From: Candidatus Altiarchaeota archaeon
Lineage (GTDB): Archaea > Altiarchaeota > Altiarchaeia > IMC4 > QMZM01
Assembly (NCBI GenBank): GCA_038891095.1
Contig: JAWAEV010000003.1
Coordinates: 31,629-95,628 of the forward strand
Direction of reading: 5' to 3'
Length of the DNA stretch: 64,000 nt
In this document: positions 28,611-39,465 of the stretch, piece by piece
Numbering within the stretch: position 1 is the first letter of the stretch
Layout: each line of letters starts with the position of its first letter
Program-made: the position numbers and the translations under genes
The notes under the pieces: generated by a model
The model's input: the letters and a program-made list of their open reading frames with translations, nothing else
What the model was told of the DNA's origin: nothing
The model's database searches: none

Positions 28611-30548
28611 TTAAATTTTAAATTCTTTTGAAACTTTTTTACCATCGACTAAAGCATATCTAAGAACATCACTAAGTGTTTCTGCAGTTAGAATTTCAAT
28701 TTTACCTTCATATTTCTTATCAAGAAGAACATCACTTTCATTACTTTTTGGAATAACAACTTTTTTTAGACCAGCATCTATTGCTGCCTCAATTTTCTGA
28801 GTTACACCGCCAACAGGGAGAACTTCGCCCCTTATTGTTAGTGATCCTGTCATTCCAACAGATTGGTCAATTTCTATGTTTTTCAAAGCAGAAATTACTG
28901 CGACTGCTACAGAAATACTTGCTGAATCACCTTCAACACCCTCATAAGTTTGCAAGAATTGGACAAATATATCATACTTCTCTTTTATATCCTCACCATA
29001 GGCTTTCATAATAACAGCAGAAACATTTTTGATAGCTTCTTTTGCAATTTCTCCAAGTTTACCAGTTGCAATAATCTCAGATTTTTTACCACCAGGTGCA
29101 ACTTCTGCTTCAATTGGCATCACTATACCAGATTCACCTAAAACAGCTAAGCCATTGACTCTGCCAATTCTTCTACCTGAAGTTACTAAAACCTTGTACT
29201 CCTTTCTTCTTTCAATATAGATGTCACCTATTTGATGTTCTAATGTCCTTGCAGATTTTTTACCCTCAATAACATCCTCAAGAGTCACATATCTATGGCC
29301 TTTCTCCTTTGCTATATCCCCAGAAGCCCTAATAAGGCCCCCCATTTCTCTAAATTTTAAACTAAGTTTACCCTTCATACCTGCCTTTCTTTTAAATTCT
29401 TGTATAATCTCTTCAACAGCCTCTTTTGTGAAGTGTGGTATTTTTCTATCTTTTTCAACTTCTTGAGCAACAAATTGCACAATTTTCTTTCTTGTTTCAT
29501 TTGTGTCTGGAGCTACATCTTCCATATAAATTTCATAGCCATAACCCCTTATTCTTGATCTAAGAGCTGGATGCATTTGCTCAATAACATGGTAATTACC
29601 TGCAGCAACTAAAATGAAATCACATGGCACAGGCTCCGTGATTACCATTGCTCCTGAGCTCATTTCACTTCTACCGGTTATAGCAAGTTTCTTATCTTGC
29701 ATAGCTGTCAATAAATCTTGTTGTGATTTCCCAAGAGTTCCAATTTCATCAATAAACAAAACACCTTTATGTGCTTTATGTATCATCCCAGCAACAACTC
29801 TTAAGTGTGCAGGAGTTCCTAAACCACCTGTTTGTAATGGGTCGTGTTTAATATCTCCTAATAATGCTCCAGCGTGGGCACCAGTTGCATCATAAAATGG
29901 TGCAGTTTTTCTGTCCGAGTTATCGACTATAAGTAATGGTACATTTGTTTTAAATGCTCCAATCATCATTGTTCTGATGTTTAAATTTGAAAATAAAAGG
30001 AAGAAGAAACCCAATGCCATAACTACCAAAAAGGGCATTTCAGAAACTTGTACTCCTTGAAGAACTAAATAGAAATATGCAATCAAGGGAAATATAAAAA
30101 AAAGCAATACATAGAACATAGGATTAGGTCTTTTTCCTTTTTCATTTGATAATTCTTTATTTCTTTCAGCTTTGATAATTTTCCTACCTTCACCAGCAGG
30201 CACAACCCTTATCTTTGGGTTATTTTCATCTTCAAAATTTGGATAAGCAAGAATATCAACTAAATCCTCAGATGGTAGAAGCTCAGCCATCGCATTTGCG
30301 AGCATGCTCTTACCAGTTCCCGGCTCTCCAATAAGAAGAACATTTCTCCTCTGTTTTGCAGCTTTTTTTATAATTTCAACTGCTTTATCCTGGCCTATAA
30401 CTTGGTCTATCAATTTTCTTGGGATTTCAATTTCATCTGTTGTCTCGAAATCATCCCAAGATTTCATATCTTCAACTTTCTTCTTTTGTTTCTTAACCTG
30501 CTCAGTTGTTGTATCTGCTTTTACAGCCTCTTTCTTTCCAGAATCCAT
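28611..30548 (-). CDS. lonB: Archaeal membrane-bound ATP-dependent protease LonB
   Basis: GEPGTGKS, two TM inserts, HDP.Q.GG, EGDSAS, K dyad. Confidence 0.96.
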   Translation of the reverse strand: MDSGKKEAVKADTTTEQVKKQKKKVEDMKSWDDFETTDEIEIPRKLIDQVIGQDKAVEIIKKAAKQRRNVLLIGEPGTGKSMLANAMAELLPSEDLVDILAYPNFEDENNPKIRVVPAGEGRKIIKAERNKELSNEKGKRPNPMFYVLLFFIFPLIAYFYLVLQGVQVSEMPFLVVMALGFFFLLFSNLNIRTMMIGAFKTNVPLLIVDNSDRKTAPFYDATGAHAGALLGDIKHDPLQTGGLGTPAHLRVVAGMIHKAHKGVLFIDEIGTLGKSQQDLLTAMQDKKLAITGRSEMSSGAMVITEPVPCDFILVAAGNYHVIEQMHPALRSRIRGYGYEIYMEDVAPDTNETRKKIVQFVAQEVEKDRKIPHFTKEAVEEIIQEFKRKAGMKGKLSLKFREMGGLIRASGDIAKEKGHRYVTLEDVIEGKKSARTLEHQIGDIYIERRKEYKVLVTSGRRIGRVNGLAVLGESGIVMPIEAEVAPGGKKSEIIATGKLGEIAKEAIKNVSAVIMKAYGEDIKEKYDIFVQFLQTYEGVEGDSASISVAVAVISALKNIEIDQSVGMTGSLTIRGEVLPVGGVTQKIEAAIDAGLKKVVIPKSNESDVLLDKKYEGKIEILTAETLSDVLRYALVDGKKVSKEFKI

Positions 30549-30607
30549 CTCATCTTATAATAAAAATTGTAAAAAGAAAAATTAGATATTTAGTAGACGA
30601 TAAAATT

Positions 30608-31579
30608 TTACCAAACTATTTTTACTTCGTCTGCTCTAAAATTTTGCTTTACTACCGTTTCTTCTATCCTTTGTTTTACTCCTGCAGAATACATTTTTGA
30701 GCCAAGTATTGCGATCATAACACCATTATCGCTACAATACCCTTTTGGAAAAGAGAATTTTGCTTTGTGCTCTTTTACCATAGTACTTAACATCTCTTGA
30801 AGTCTTAAATTATTTGCAACTCCTCCAACAAGAAGAAGTTCATTCACTTTCAAGTGAGCCAATGCTCTTTCAGTAACTTCAGCAAGCATTGCAAAGGAAG
30901 TTTCTTGTAATGAGAAGCAGACATCCTCTAAAGGAAAAAATTTTGCTTTTTCTATAGCAGATGTTAAAACTCCAGAAAATGATAGGTCTGTACCTTTAAC
31001 TACATATGGTAACTCAATATATTTTTTACCTTTTTTTGCGAGTTCTTCTATTTTTGGACCAGCAGGATGTTCTAAACCTAATTCTCTACCAAATTTATCG
31101 AGCATATTACCTATTCCAATATCAATAGTCTCACCGAAAATTCTATAATAGCCATGATTTAACTTTAAAATTTGTGTATTGCCACCAGAAACATACAAGC
31201 ACAAAGGATCTAAAAATTTGCTAAAAAATTTTCCAATTTCAATATGAGCTATGCAATGGTTTACCCCTAACAAAGGAATTTTATGATGTAAAGCCAAAGC
31301 TCTTGCTCCTGTAGCAATAGTTCTTAGACAAGGTCCCATTCCAGGTCCTTGAGAAAATGCAATAAGGTCAATTTCATTAAAATTTAAATTTGCTTGAGAT
31401 AGTGCTAAATTTATTGCTGTGCTATAGTTATCACCTAAGAACTGTGCAGCTTCTCTTGGATGAATTCCATATCTTGCTTTGTAAATCTTTCTAACATCTG
31501 CTAAAATTTTTTCTTTTTCTGAATCAAAAATTCCTACGCCGAGAGTGTGGGCAGTTCCTTCAATACCAAGAGTTATCAT
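30608..31579 (-). CDS. kae1: KEOPS t6A synthase Kae1
   Basis: GIEGTAHT, HPREAA, VNHCIAHIE, VSGGNT, DNGVMIA, FRAD.V...W. Confidence 0.96.
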   Translation of the reverse strand: MITLGIEGTAHTLGVGIFDSEKEKILADVRKIYKARYGIHPREAAQFLGDNYSTAINLALSQANLNFNEIDLIAFSQGPGMGPCLRTIATGARALALHHKIPLLGVNHCIAHIEIGKFFSKFLDPLCLYVSGGNTQILKLNHGYYRIFGETIDIGIGNMLDKFGRELGLEHPAGPKIEELAKKGKKYIELPYVVKGTDLSFSGVLTSAIEKAKFFPLEDVCFSLQETSFAMLAEVTERALAHLKVNELLLVGGVANNLRLQEMLSTMVKEHKAKFSFPKGYCSDNGVMIAILGSKMYSAGVKQRIEETVVKQNFRADEVKIVW

Positions 31580-31636
31580 TTTATCCTAAAATTACAATAA
31601 TAAATTTGTTTTTAATTTTTATTACTTGAAAATAAT

Positions 31637-31656
31637 ATATTGATGTTCATCAATAT
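31637..31656. promoter_or_regulatory. Putative ArsR/SmtB operator
   Basis: ATATTGATG-TT-CATCAATAT perfect 9-2-9 inverted repeat 6 nt upstream of the arsR ATG. Confidence 0.75.
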
Positions 31657-31662
31657 TTTATA

Positions 31663-31968
31663 ATGAAAGAGGCTCTAAAAATTTTAAATGCATTAGCAGA
31701 TGAAACAAGGTTAAAAATATTAGAATTCTTGTTAGATGGTGAGAAATGCGTCTGTGAAATATTTCCTTATGTTAAAAGGAAACAATCAACAGTTTCAATC
31801 CAACTAAAAAAACTTGAAAATCTTGGTGTTGTGAAATCTAAAAGAAAAGGCAGAAAAACTTTTTATAGTATCAAAGATTTTAGGGTTTTTGATGTTTTCA
31901 GAGCGTTAGGATATGCAAAAGGAAAAATTTTTAAATTTTATGAAAATGACTTAAAGCAAAAATCGTAG
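31663..31968 (+). CDS. arsR: ArsR/SmtB family transcriptional repressor
   Basis: ALAD.TRL.IL, E.CVCE metal-binding motif, QS.VS.QL..L...G.V. Confidence 0.9.
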   Translation: MKEALKILNALADETRLKILEFLLDGEKCVCEIFPYVKRKQSTVSIQLKKLENLGVVKSKRKGRKTFYSIKDFRVFDVFRALGYAKGKIFKFYENDLKQKS

Positions 31969-31995
31969 AAAGACCGGAATTAAAATTTAAAGAAA

Positions 31996-32547
31996 ATGGA
32001 AAATAAAAAAATTTTGGCAGGGATTTTTACACTTTTGTTTTTAATTTCTTGCTGTATTGATAGCAAAAAAGAAAATTTGCAAGAAGTGAAAACGACAGAG
32101 ATAACAGAGTTAACTATGGTAACATCAACTCAAGAAACAACATCTACTATAGCAACAACGACAAAATTACTTACTACAAAAATTTTAACTACAATAACAT
32201 ATACTAAAATTCCTTTTGCCAATCTTGTGAAGTTATCATTCTCAACAGACAAAGAAATTTATCATTCAAATGAAATAATGAAAATTAAAGTCCTTATTAA
32301 TGCAGAAGAAGAAATGAATAATGTTCCTGTTAAGATATATGGAATTATGTCAGGATACTACAGACTACAGATAGAAGACAAAAAAAATCTGAAAAAAGGT
32401 CTTAATGAAATTAATTTTGAATATAGAACTCCTCCCTGCACTGGATGTGCAGGAATTCGCCCAGGAAGTTATGAAGTTAATGTTGAATTACTCTATGATA
32501 ATGAGACAATTGCAAAGGAAACTAAAAATGTCAATATAAAGCAATAA
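31996..32547 (+). CDS. Putative lipoprotein with Thr stalk and beta-rich domain carrying CxxC
   Basis: Lipobox-like LISCC, Thr tract, PPCTGCAGI.PG.Y. Confidence 0.75.
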   Translation: MENKKILAGIFTLLFLISCCIDSKKENLQEVKTTEITELTMVTSTQETTSTIATTTKLLTTKILTTITYTKIPFANLVKLSFSTDKEIYHSNEIMKIKVLINAEEEMNNVPVKIYGIMSGYYRLQIEDKKNLKKGLNEINFEYRTPPCTGCAGIRPGSYEVNVELLYDNETIAKETKNVNIKQ

Positions 32548-32550
32548 AAA

Positions 32551-34140
32551 ATGAAAAATAAATTAGTTATACTAACTATAGTAATTTTCCTCTTCAGCTT
32601 AATGAACTTTACAATAGGTGCAGAAGAAAATAAAGTTGTTATTTATTTTTTCTGGGGTGAAGGATGCCCACATTGCGCTGCAGAAAAAATTTTTTTAGAT
32701 GGATTAAAAGTGAAGTATCCCCAAATAGAAATTAAATCTTTTGAGACTTGGCACAATCAAGAAAATGCAGCCCTTTTTGTTAAAATTGCAGAAGCTTATG
32801 GCACAAAAGCATCTGGAGTTCCAACAACATTCATTGGTGATAATTATATTGTGGGTTACAGAGGCGATGAAACAACAGGTAGAGAAATAGAAAATTTAAT
32901 CAAAGAGTGCATTGACAAAGGTGGTTGTATTAATCCTGAAGAAAAACTCTTTCCAAAAGAGAACATATGCATTCATATTTTCATTAAAAGCACATGCCCT
33001 CAATGTCAGGAATTAATGCCATACCTTAATTATGTTAAAGACAAATATGGTGTTATCATAAAGATTCATGACATTCTTAATGAGTCAAATAGAGAACTAT
33101 ACGAAAAATTTAAAGAAATTTATAATTTAGAAGGTGTTGGATATCCAACAGCATTCATAGGTGAGAAATATTTCATTGGTAACAATTTAATTAAAACTTA
33201 TTTAGAAAATGAAATTGAAAATTGTCTGAAAGATGGATGTGAATGTCCAATTGAGAAAATAGATGGTAAAACGCCGCATCTTCCTGGTTATAACGAAACA
33301 ACTCCTGAAGAAGGTAACATAATTGATTTACCATTTTTTGGAAAAATTAACACATCAGAAATTTCTTTACCTGTTTTCACAATAATAATTGCTTCTTTGG
33401 ATAGTTTTAATCCATGTGCTTTCTTTGTGCTTTTCTTTTTACTTAGCATGCTCATACATGCGAGATCAAGAGCAAGAATGCTGCTTATTGGAGGGGTGTT
33501 TGTTTTCTTTTCCGGATTTATGTATTTTCTATTTATGGCTGCATGGCTCAATCTCTTTCTTTTCATCGGAGAGCTACCTATAATAACAAAAATTGCGGGA
33601 ATTATTGCTTTAATTATTGCTTTAATAAATATCAAAGATTTTTTCTTTTTTGAGAAGGGAATTTCTTTGGTTATTCCTGAAAGTGCTAAGCCCAAATTAT
33701 TCAAAAAAATGAGAAATTTGCTTGGAGTAACATCTCTACCTTCAATTGTATTAAGTACAATTATTTTAGCAATAGCAGCAAACACTTATGAGCTTCTTTG
33801 CACAGCAGGATTTCCAATGGTTTTTACGAGAGTTTTAACTTTACATGAAATTCCAACAATGCAATACTACATATACCTTGCTTTTTATAATCTTGTTTAT
33901 GTAATACCTCTTATACTAATTGTTTTGGCATTTACACTAACTCTTGGAGCAAGAAAACTTACTGAATGGCAAGGGCAGGTATTAAAATTAATTTCAGGGA
34001 TGATGATGCTTTGCTTAGGGCTCGTTTTGCTTACAAATCCCGCACTTTTGAATAACATTTTTGCTTCTTTTGGAATATTGGCAATAGCTCTACTAATGGC
34101 AATGATTATAATTTTTGTTACAAAAAAAATCAAAAAATGA
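32551..34140 (+). CDS. Double glutaredoxin-like domain + CcdA/DsbD-like TM redox protein
   Basis: Signal peptide, CPHC and CPQC, TM domain with DSFNPC and ELLCTAG. Confidence 0.85.
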   Translation: MKNKLVILTIVIFLFSLMNFTIGAEENKVVIYFFWGEGCPHCAAEKIFLDGLKVKYPQIEIKSFETWHNQENAALFVKIAEAYGTKASGVPTTFIGDNYIVGYRGDETTGREIENLIKECIDKGGCINPEEKLFPKENICIHIFIKSTCPQCQELMPYLNYVKDKYGVIIKIHDILNESNRELYEKFKEIYNLEGVGYPTAFIGEKYFIGNNLIKTYLENEIENCLKDGCECPIEKIDGKTPHLPGYNETTPEEGNIIDLPFFGKINTSEISLPVFTIIIASLDSFNPCAFFVLFFLLSMLIHARSRARMLLIGGVFVFFSGFMYFLFMAAWLNLFLFIGELPIITKIAGIIALIIALINIKDFFFFEKGISLVIPESAKPKLFKKMRNLLGVTSLPSIVLSTIILAIAANTYELLCTAGFPMVFTRVLTLHEIPTMQYYIYLAFYNLVYVIPLILIVLAFTLTLGARKLTEWQGQVLKLISGMMMLCLGLVLLTNPALLNNIFASFGILAIALLMAMIIIFVTKKIKK

Positions 34141-34370
34141 AAATTGAAATTTTAGGTATGGGTTGTGAGAAATGCAAAAAACTTGAGGAAAATGCGAGAA
34201 AAGCATCAGAAGAATTAAAAATTGATGTAAAGATTGAGAAAGTTACAGATATCTCAAAGATAGTTGAGAAAGTTACATTGACACCAGCGATTGTTATAAA
34301 TGGAAAAGTTATGGCAGAAGGTAGAATTCCAGAAGTTGAAGAGATAAAAAGGTGGCTAAAAAAAGATTAA
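34137..34370 (+). CDS. Small thioredoxin-like protein (MTH895 type)
   Basis: MKIEILG.GC.KC..L, TPA.VING.V...GRIP. Confidence 0.92.
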   Translation: MKIEILGMGCEKCKKLEENARKASEELKIDVKIEKVTDISKIVEKVTLTPAIVINGKVMAEGRIPEVEEIKRWLKKD

Positions 34371-34393
34371 TAAATTAAGGAGAAAGTATTGTT

Positions 34394-37126
34394 ATGATAA
34401 GTAATGAAATAATAAAACAGGAAATAAGGAAACTTGTAGAAAAGTATAACAGAGTTGTGGAAGAAAAAAGAGTCATAACATACAATGAGGAGATGACTAA
34501 GAAGGATTTTATTCTTCCTCTCTTTCGTGCTTTGGGCTGGAATATTGAAGATTCAAACGAGGTTACTGCTGAAGAAAAAATTTCCAAAAAAAGAGTTGAT
34601 TATGGTTTCAGAATTAATGGTATTCCAAAATTTTTCTTGGAAGTCAAACCACTAAGAGGAGATTTAGACAATCCTAAATTTATTGAACAGGCGATAAATT
34701 ACGCTTGGCATAAAGGCTGCACTTGGGCAGTTCTTACTAACTTTGAAAGCGTAAAAATATTTAATGCTGAATGGAAAACATCTAATCCATTGCAAAACCA
34801 TCTTAAAACAATCCCATGTCAAGAATTTTTAGATAGGTTCGATGAGTTGTGGCTTTTATCCAAAGAAAGTTTTGAAAAAGGATTAATTGATAAAGAAGCT
34901 GAAAAATGGGGAAAGAAAACAAAAAAAATTACTGTTGATAAGCAGCTTTTACAAGATTTCACAAGATTTAGGGAATTATTATCAAAAAATATAACAAAGC
35001 TGAACCAAAGCAAAAACCTAACTGAAGAGGAATTAGACGAAGCCGTTCAAAGAATTTTAGACAGATTAATCCTAATAAGAAATTGCGAAGACAGAGAACT
35101 TGAAGCAAAAACATTAATTTCCAGCTTTAGGGAATGGGAAAGCAGAGGTAAAGGGCAATTGATAAAAAGTTTGAGAGAGGTTTTTGCTTATTTTGACAAG
35201 CAATACAACAGCAAGATATTTGCTAATCACTTGTGCGACAGTTTAGACATAGATAATGAGGTTTTACACGAGATCATTGAAGGCCTTTACTATACAAAAG
35301 ACAAATCTGTTTCTTATGATTTTTCAGCTATTGAGGCAGATGTATTGGGTAATATTTACGAGCAGTATTTAGGGCATATCTTAAAGAAAAGCGAGAAAAG
35401 AGCAAAGCTTACAGAAAACCACGCTCACAGAAAAGAGCAAGGAATTTATTACACACCAACGTATATTGTTGATTATATTGTAAGGAATACTCTAGGAGAA
35501 TTACTTAAAAACAAAAAGCCAGAAGATGTTGAGAAAATAAGGGTTTTAGATCCTGCTTGTGGTTCCGGCTCATTTTTGATTAAAGCTTTTGATGTTTTGA
35601 ATGAATATTATGCAAAACACGATAAAAACTACTCACAAACACAAATAGACTTCAAAACAGGTCTGCCATTTACATCAAAAGTAAAGATTCTTAAAAACAA
35701 TATCTTTGGTGTAGATTTAGACAAACAAGCTGTTGAGATAGCACAGCTTAATCTTTTGCTGAAAATTGCAGAAAAAGGACATCGCCTTCCATTACTTCAA
35801 GAAAATATAAAGTGCGGAAACTCCTTAATTGACGACCCAGCAATAGCCGGAGACAAAGCCTTCAAATGGGAAGAAGAATTTTCAGATGTTATGAAAGAAG
35901 GCGGGTTTGATGTTGTGATCGGGAATCCGCCTTACGAAAGGACTTTATACTTGGAAAACGAAAAGGAGTATTATTCACGAGCCTATGTGTCTGCATATGG
36001 TGCATATGACATACTTGTTCTATTTATTGAAAAAGCAATAAAATTACTGAAGAGTGAGGGGTATTTGGGGTTTATAGTTTCAAATAAATTTTTAGTTTCA
36101 GATTATGGAAAAAAATTAAGGGAATTCCTCCTTTCAAATTGTAAAATAATAAAAATTATTGATTTAGCAGATGCAAAAAGAGTTTTTCCTGATGCGTTAG
36201 TTTCAACAGTTATAATAATAGTACAAAAAACAACTAAAAATAAGTCTAAATATAGAGTTAATTGTTTTATTTCAAATGAAAATACTACTATTTTTGACGA
36301 AGAAAAATTTGAAAAAGTTCCAATTGATAAATTTGTTGCAGATAATGGAACATTTAATGTAAGATACAATGTTAAGAAAGACACCATATATAAAAAAATT
36401 AATTCTCTAAAGAAAATTGGCGAGGTTTTTGATATTAGAACTGGAGTGATGGGATTTGAATATTGGAAAATGGAGCCGTATATACACGAAGGAAAGCAAG
36501 ACACTAAAGACATTAGAATTGCAACCAATAGTTATTTAGATAGATATCGTTTTTTGTGGGGCAAAGAAATCAATCTTTATAAAAAGAAATTTAAAGAACC
36601 CTATGTCAATATAGAAAAAATACCTGTTAATGAACAGACAAAAAAATTATTTCTCACAAAAAATAAATTGATTGTGCGTGGCGTTTCTAAAAGATTAACT
36701 GCTATGATAGATGAAGAGGGAATAGGGTTTCTTGTTGCAGTTCACTCTATTTTAACTAACGAAGAACATAACATAAAATTGATACTTGGAATACTAAACT
36801 CTAAATTATTTGACTGGATACATAAGGATAGGTTCTATCTGGGAAGAATACCTGAAGGTTCTCTAAAATATCCTGTCTCTTTCCTTAAAGAACTACCTCT
36901 TTACCCAAATGTTGATAAGACAAAAAAAGAAAGAATTATCACCCTCGTAGACAAAATGCTCGCCCTCAACAAACGTCTCAATGAAATTGGAGACAAGAAG
37001 ACAGATGAAAGAGCTAAAATTGAAGAAGAAATCAAAAAGACAGATGCTGAAATTGATGAGCTTGTCTATAAGATTTATGCAATAACCGAAGAGGAAAAGA
37101 AAATTATTGAAGAAAGTTTGAAATAA
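34394..37126 (+). CDS. Single-polypeptide restriction-modification enzyme (Type IIG/IIL-like: nuclease + N6-MTase + TRD)
   Basis: NE..T...FI.P.F.ALGW, VDY, E.K, QA.NYA; QGIYYTP, DPACGSG, GNPPY; TaqI-C-like TRD; ID.LVY.IY tail. Confidence 0.93.
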   Translation: MISNEIIKQEIRKLVEKYNRVVEEKRVITYNEEMTKKDFILPLFRALGWNIEDSNEVTAEEKISKKRVDYGFRINGIPKFFLEVKPLRGDLDNPKFIEQAINYAWHKGCTWAVLTNFESVKIFNAEWKTSNPLQNHLKTIPCQEFLDRFDELWLLSKESFEKGLIDKEAEKWGKKTKKITVDKQLLQDFTRFRELLSKNITKLNQSKNLTEEELDEAVQRILDRLILIRNCEDRELEAKTLISSFREWESRGKGQLIKSLREVFAYFDKQYNSKIFANHLCDSLDIDNEVLHEIIEGLYYTKDKSVSYDFSAIEADVLGNIYEQYLGHILKKSEKRAKLTENHAHRKEQGIYYTPTYIVDYIVRNTLGELLKNKKPEDVEKIRVLDPACGSGSFLIKAFDVLNEYYAKHDKNYSQTQIDFKTGLPFTSKVKILKNNIFGVDLDKQAVEIAQLNLLLKIAEKGHRLPLLQENIKCGNSLIDDPAIAGDKAFKWEEEFSDVMKEGGFDVVIGNPPYERTLYLENEKEYYSRAYVSAYGAYDILVLFIEKAIKLLKSEGYLGFIVSNKFLVSDYGKKLREFLLSNCKIIKIIDLADAKRVFPDALVSTVIIIVQKTTKNKSKYRVNCFISNENTTIFDEEKFEKVPIDKFVADNGTFNVRYNVKKDTIYKKINSLKKIGEVFDIRTGVMGFEYWKMEPYIHEGKQDTKDIRIATNSYLDRYRFLWGKEINLYKKKFKEPYVNIEKIPVNEQTKKLFLTKNKLIVRGVSKRLTAMIDEEGIGFLVAVHSILTNEEHNIKLILGILNSKLFDWIHKDRFYLGRIPEGSLKYPVSFLKELPLYPNVDKTKKERIITLVDKMLALNKRLNEIGDKKTDERAKIEEEIKKTDAEIDELVYKIYAITEEEKKIIEESLK

Positions 37127-37137
37127 AAAACAAAAAA

Positions 37138-38196
37138 TTGGAGGTAAAAATTAAATTGAAAAGAATACATTTTGGTATCTTACTTATTATAATTCTTTTA
37201 GGTAGTTTAGTTTGTTATGAATGGTATAGTGCATTCAAGAAAAGTGAACTTATAAAACAAGGGATTTATCCTAAAGAGCCGTTTCCAATTTCTTTAGAAA
37301 CTCCAGCATGGAAAATACCTTTCCTAACATTATTAAGTTATGGCGAAAAAGCATGGTTTTGTTTGCTTATAGCTTTTTTAGTGGCAGGAGCATTTCAGAC
37401 TTTCATTCCAAAGGAATTAGTAATTAAGCATTTGGGAAAAAGAAATTCTAAAGCATACTTTATTGCTGCTTTTGGCGGGCCTCTACTTTCTGTTTGTTCT
37501 TGTTCAATAATTCCTTTATTTGCTGCAATTAAAAAGAGAGGTGCAGGTTTAGGACCGGCAATTACTTTTTTGTTAGCTACACCAGCTATTAATCCAGCAG
37601 CAGTTATTCTAACATTTAGTCTTATTGGTTGGCAGTTTACCATAGGGAGAATTATCCTTGCTTTAAGTGCAGCAATTATTACTGGTTACACTGTTGAAAA
37701 AATTTGGTCTAAACAAGAATTGGATGGAACTTCAGAACTAAAGATTGAATATCAGGAAAAAGAATTTTCCTTTATTCCTGATTTAAAAGAATGGCTTAGA
37801 AATGTTTGGGATTTTGTTAAAAGAATTTTGCCTTTAGTTTTGCTTGGAATTTTTATTATCGGAATTATAAAAATCTTCTTGACAACAGAAGTCATTTCTG
37901 CTTATCTAGGTCAAGGATTAGCTCAAACTGCGTTTGCTTCTATCATAGGAATAGTTATATACACACCAACATTAGTTGAAATACCATTTGTAAAAGAACT
38001 ATTAGTTTTGGGTATGGGTACAGGGCCTGCATTGGCTTTTTTGCTAACAGGTCCTGCTCTCAGTTTGCCTTCAATATTAGGGATTTCAAGAGTTATTAAA
38101 TGGAAAATAGTCTTGAGTTATGCTGTGATTATGTGGATTTTAGGCATTATTGGTGGACTTATTTTTTCTTATTTTGTGCCAGAAATATTGCTTTAA
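37138..38196 (+). CDS. ArsP/DUF318 family permease
   Basis: Multi-TM; SVCSCSIIP, FLLA.PAIN, G.ALAFLL.GPALSLP. Confidence 0.9.
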   Translation: MEVKIKLKRIHFGILLIIILLGSLVCYEWYSAFKKSELIKQGIYPKEPFPISLETPAWKIPFLTLLSYGEKAWFCLLIAFLVAGAFQTFIPKELVIKHLGKRNSKAYFIAAFGGPLLSVCSCSIIPLFAAIKKRGAGLGPAITFLLATPAINPAAVILTFSLIGWQFTIGRIILALSAAIITGYTVEKIWSKQELDGTSELKIEYQEKEFSFIPDLKEWLRNVWDFVKRILPLVLLGIFIIGIIKIFLTTEVISAYLGQGLAQTAFASIIGIVIYTPTLVEIPFVKELLVLGMGTGPALAFLLTGPALSLPSILGISRVIKWKIVLSYAVIMWILGIIGGLIFSYFVPEILL

Positions 38197-38244
38197 ATAA
38201 AAATTTAGATTTTTTATATCACTATTCCAATATTAGATGATAAA

Positions 38245-39465
38245 TTGAAATCTCAACCTATACAATCAGAGCTAAATATTGGTTTAGTAGGCCATGTAGA
38301 TCATGGAAAAACAACTTTAACAAAAGCATTGTCAGGAGTTTGGACTGACAGGCATTCAGAAGAAATTAAAAGGGGCATATCAATAAGACTTGGTTATGCT
38401 GATTGCACATTCTATAAATGTCCTAAGTGTAATGAGCCAGAGTGTTATTGTACATCTGAGAGATGTCCAAATTGTAATGAGAAAACAGAATTTTTGAGGA
38501 GAGTTAGTTTTGTTGATTCTCCTGGTCATGAGAGTTTAATGGCAGTTATGCTTTCAGGAGCAGCAATAATGGATGGTGCTTTGTTAGTGATTGCTGCAAA
38601 TGAGCAGTGCCCTCAACCTCAAACAGAAGAGCATTTACTTGCTTTAACAATATTAAATGTAAAAAACATTGTTGTTGTGCAGAATAAAATAGATTTAGTT
38701 TCAAAAGAAAAGGCTATTGAAAATTATGAACAAATAAAAAATTTTCTCAAAGGAACAATTGCTGAGGATGCGCCAATTATACCAATAGCAGCTAATTGTA
38801 ATGCAAATATAGACCTTTTAATAAAAACAATTCAGGATAGAATTCCAACTCCTAAAAGAGATCCTAATAGCAGACCTTTAATGTATATAGCAAGATCATT
38901 TGATATAAATAAACCAGGGGTGAAAATTGATGAACTTAAGGGCGGTGTGGTTGGTGGTTCTCTTTTAAGAGGAAAACTTAAAGTTGGAGATGAAATAGAA
39001 TTAAGGCCAGGGGTAAAGAAAACAAATAACTATAGACCAATAACAACAAAAATAGTCTCGTTAAATGCATGTAACCAGAATGTTAAGGAGGTTTATCCTG
39101 GAGGATTAATTGGAATAGGAACAAATTTAGATCCTGCACTTACAAAGTCAGATGGAATGTGCGGAAATGTTTTAGGCTTGAAAGGTCAGCTACCAGAGGT
39201 CTATGAAAAAATAAAAATTGATTTTCATTTATTCGAAAAAACTGTTGGGGATAGAAATAAGGAACAAATAAAATCTTTAGAGAGGAATGAAGCACTAATG
39301 CTATCTGTTGGCTCTGCAGTTACTATAGGAATTTTAACTGATCCAAAAAGCAAGGAATTTACATTAAAAATTCCTGTATGTGCTGAAATTGGCCAAAGAG
39401 TTGCAATAAGCAGAAGATTTGGAGCAAGGTGGCGTTTAATTGGATATGGTGCTGTTGTAGAATGA
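38245..39465 (+). CDS. eif2g: Translation initiation factor 2 subunit gamma
   Basis: [41 protein letters not shown]; TTG start. Confidence 0.97.
   Translation: MKSQPIQSELNIGLVGHVDHGKTTLTKALSGVWTDRHSEEIKRGISIRLGYADCTFYKCPKCNEPECYCTSERCPNCNEKTEFLRRVSFVDSPGHESLMAVMLSGAAIMDGALLVIAANEQCPQPQTEEHLLALTILNVKNIVVVQNKIDLVSKEKAIENYEQIKNFLKGTIAEDAPIIPIAANCNANIDLLIKTIQDRIPTPKRDPNSRPLMYIARSFDINKPGVKIDELKGGVVGGSLLRGKLKVGDEIELRPGVKKTNNYRPITTKIVSLNACNQNVKEVYPGGLIGIGTNLDPALTKSDGMCGNVLGLKGQLPEVYEKIKIDFHLFEKTVGDRNKEQIKSLERNEALMLSVGSAVTIGILTDPKSKEFTLKIPVCAEIGQRVAISRRFGARWRLIGYGAVVE

Noticed and set aside
20961-30548. Inteins in MCM, RadA or LonB
   Set aside because: Protein lengths and motif spacing are those of intein-free enzymes
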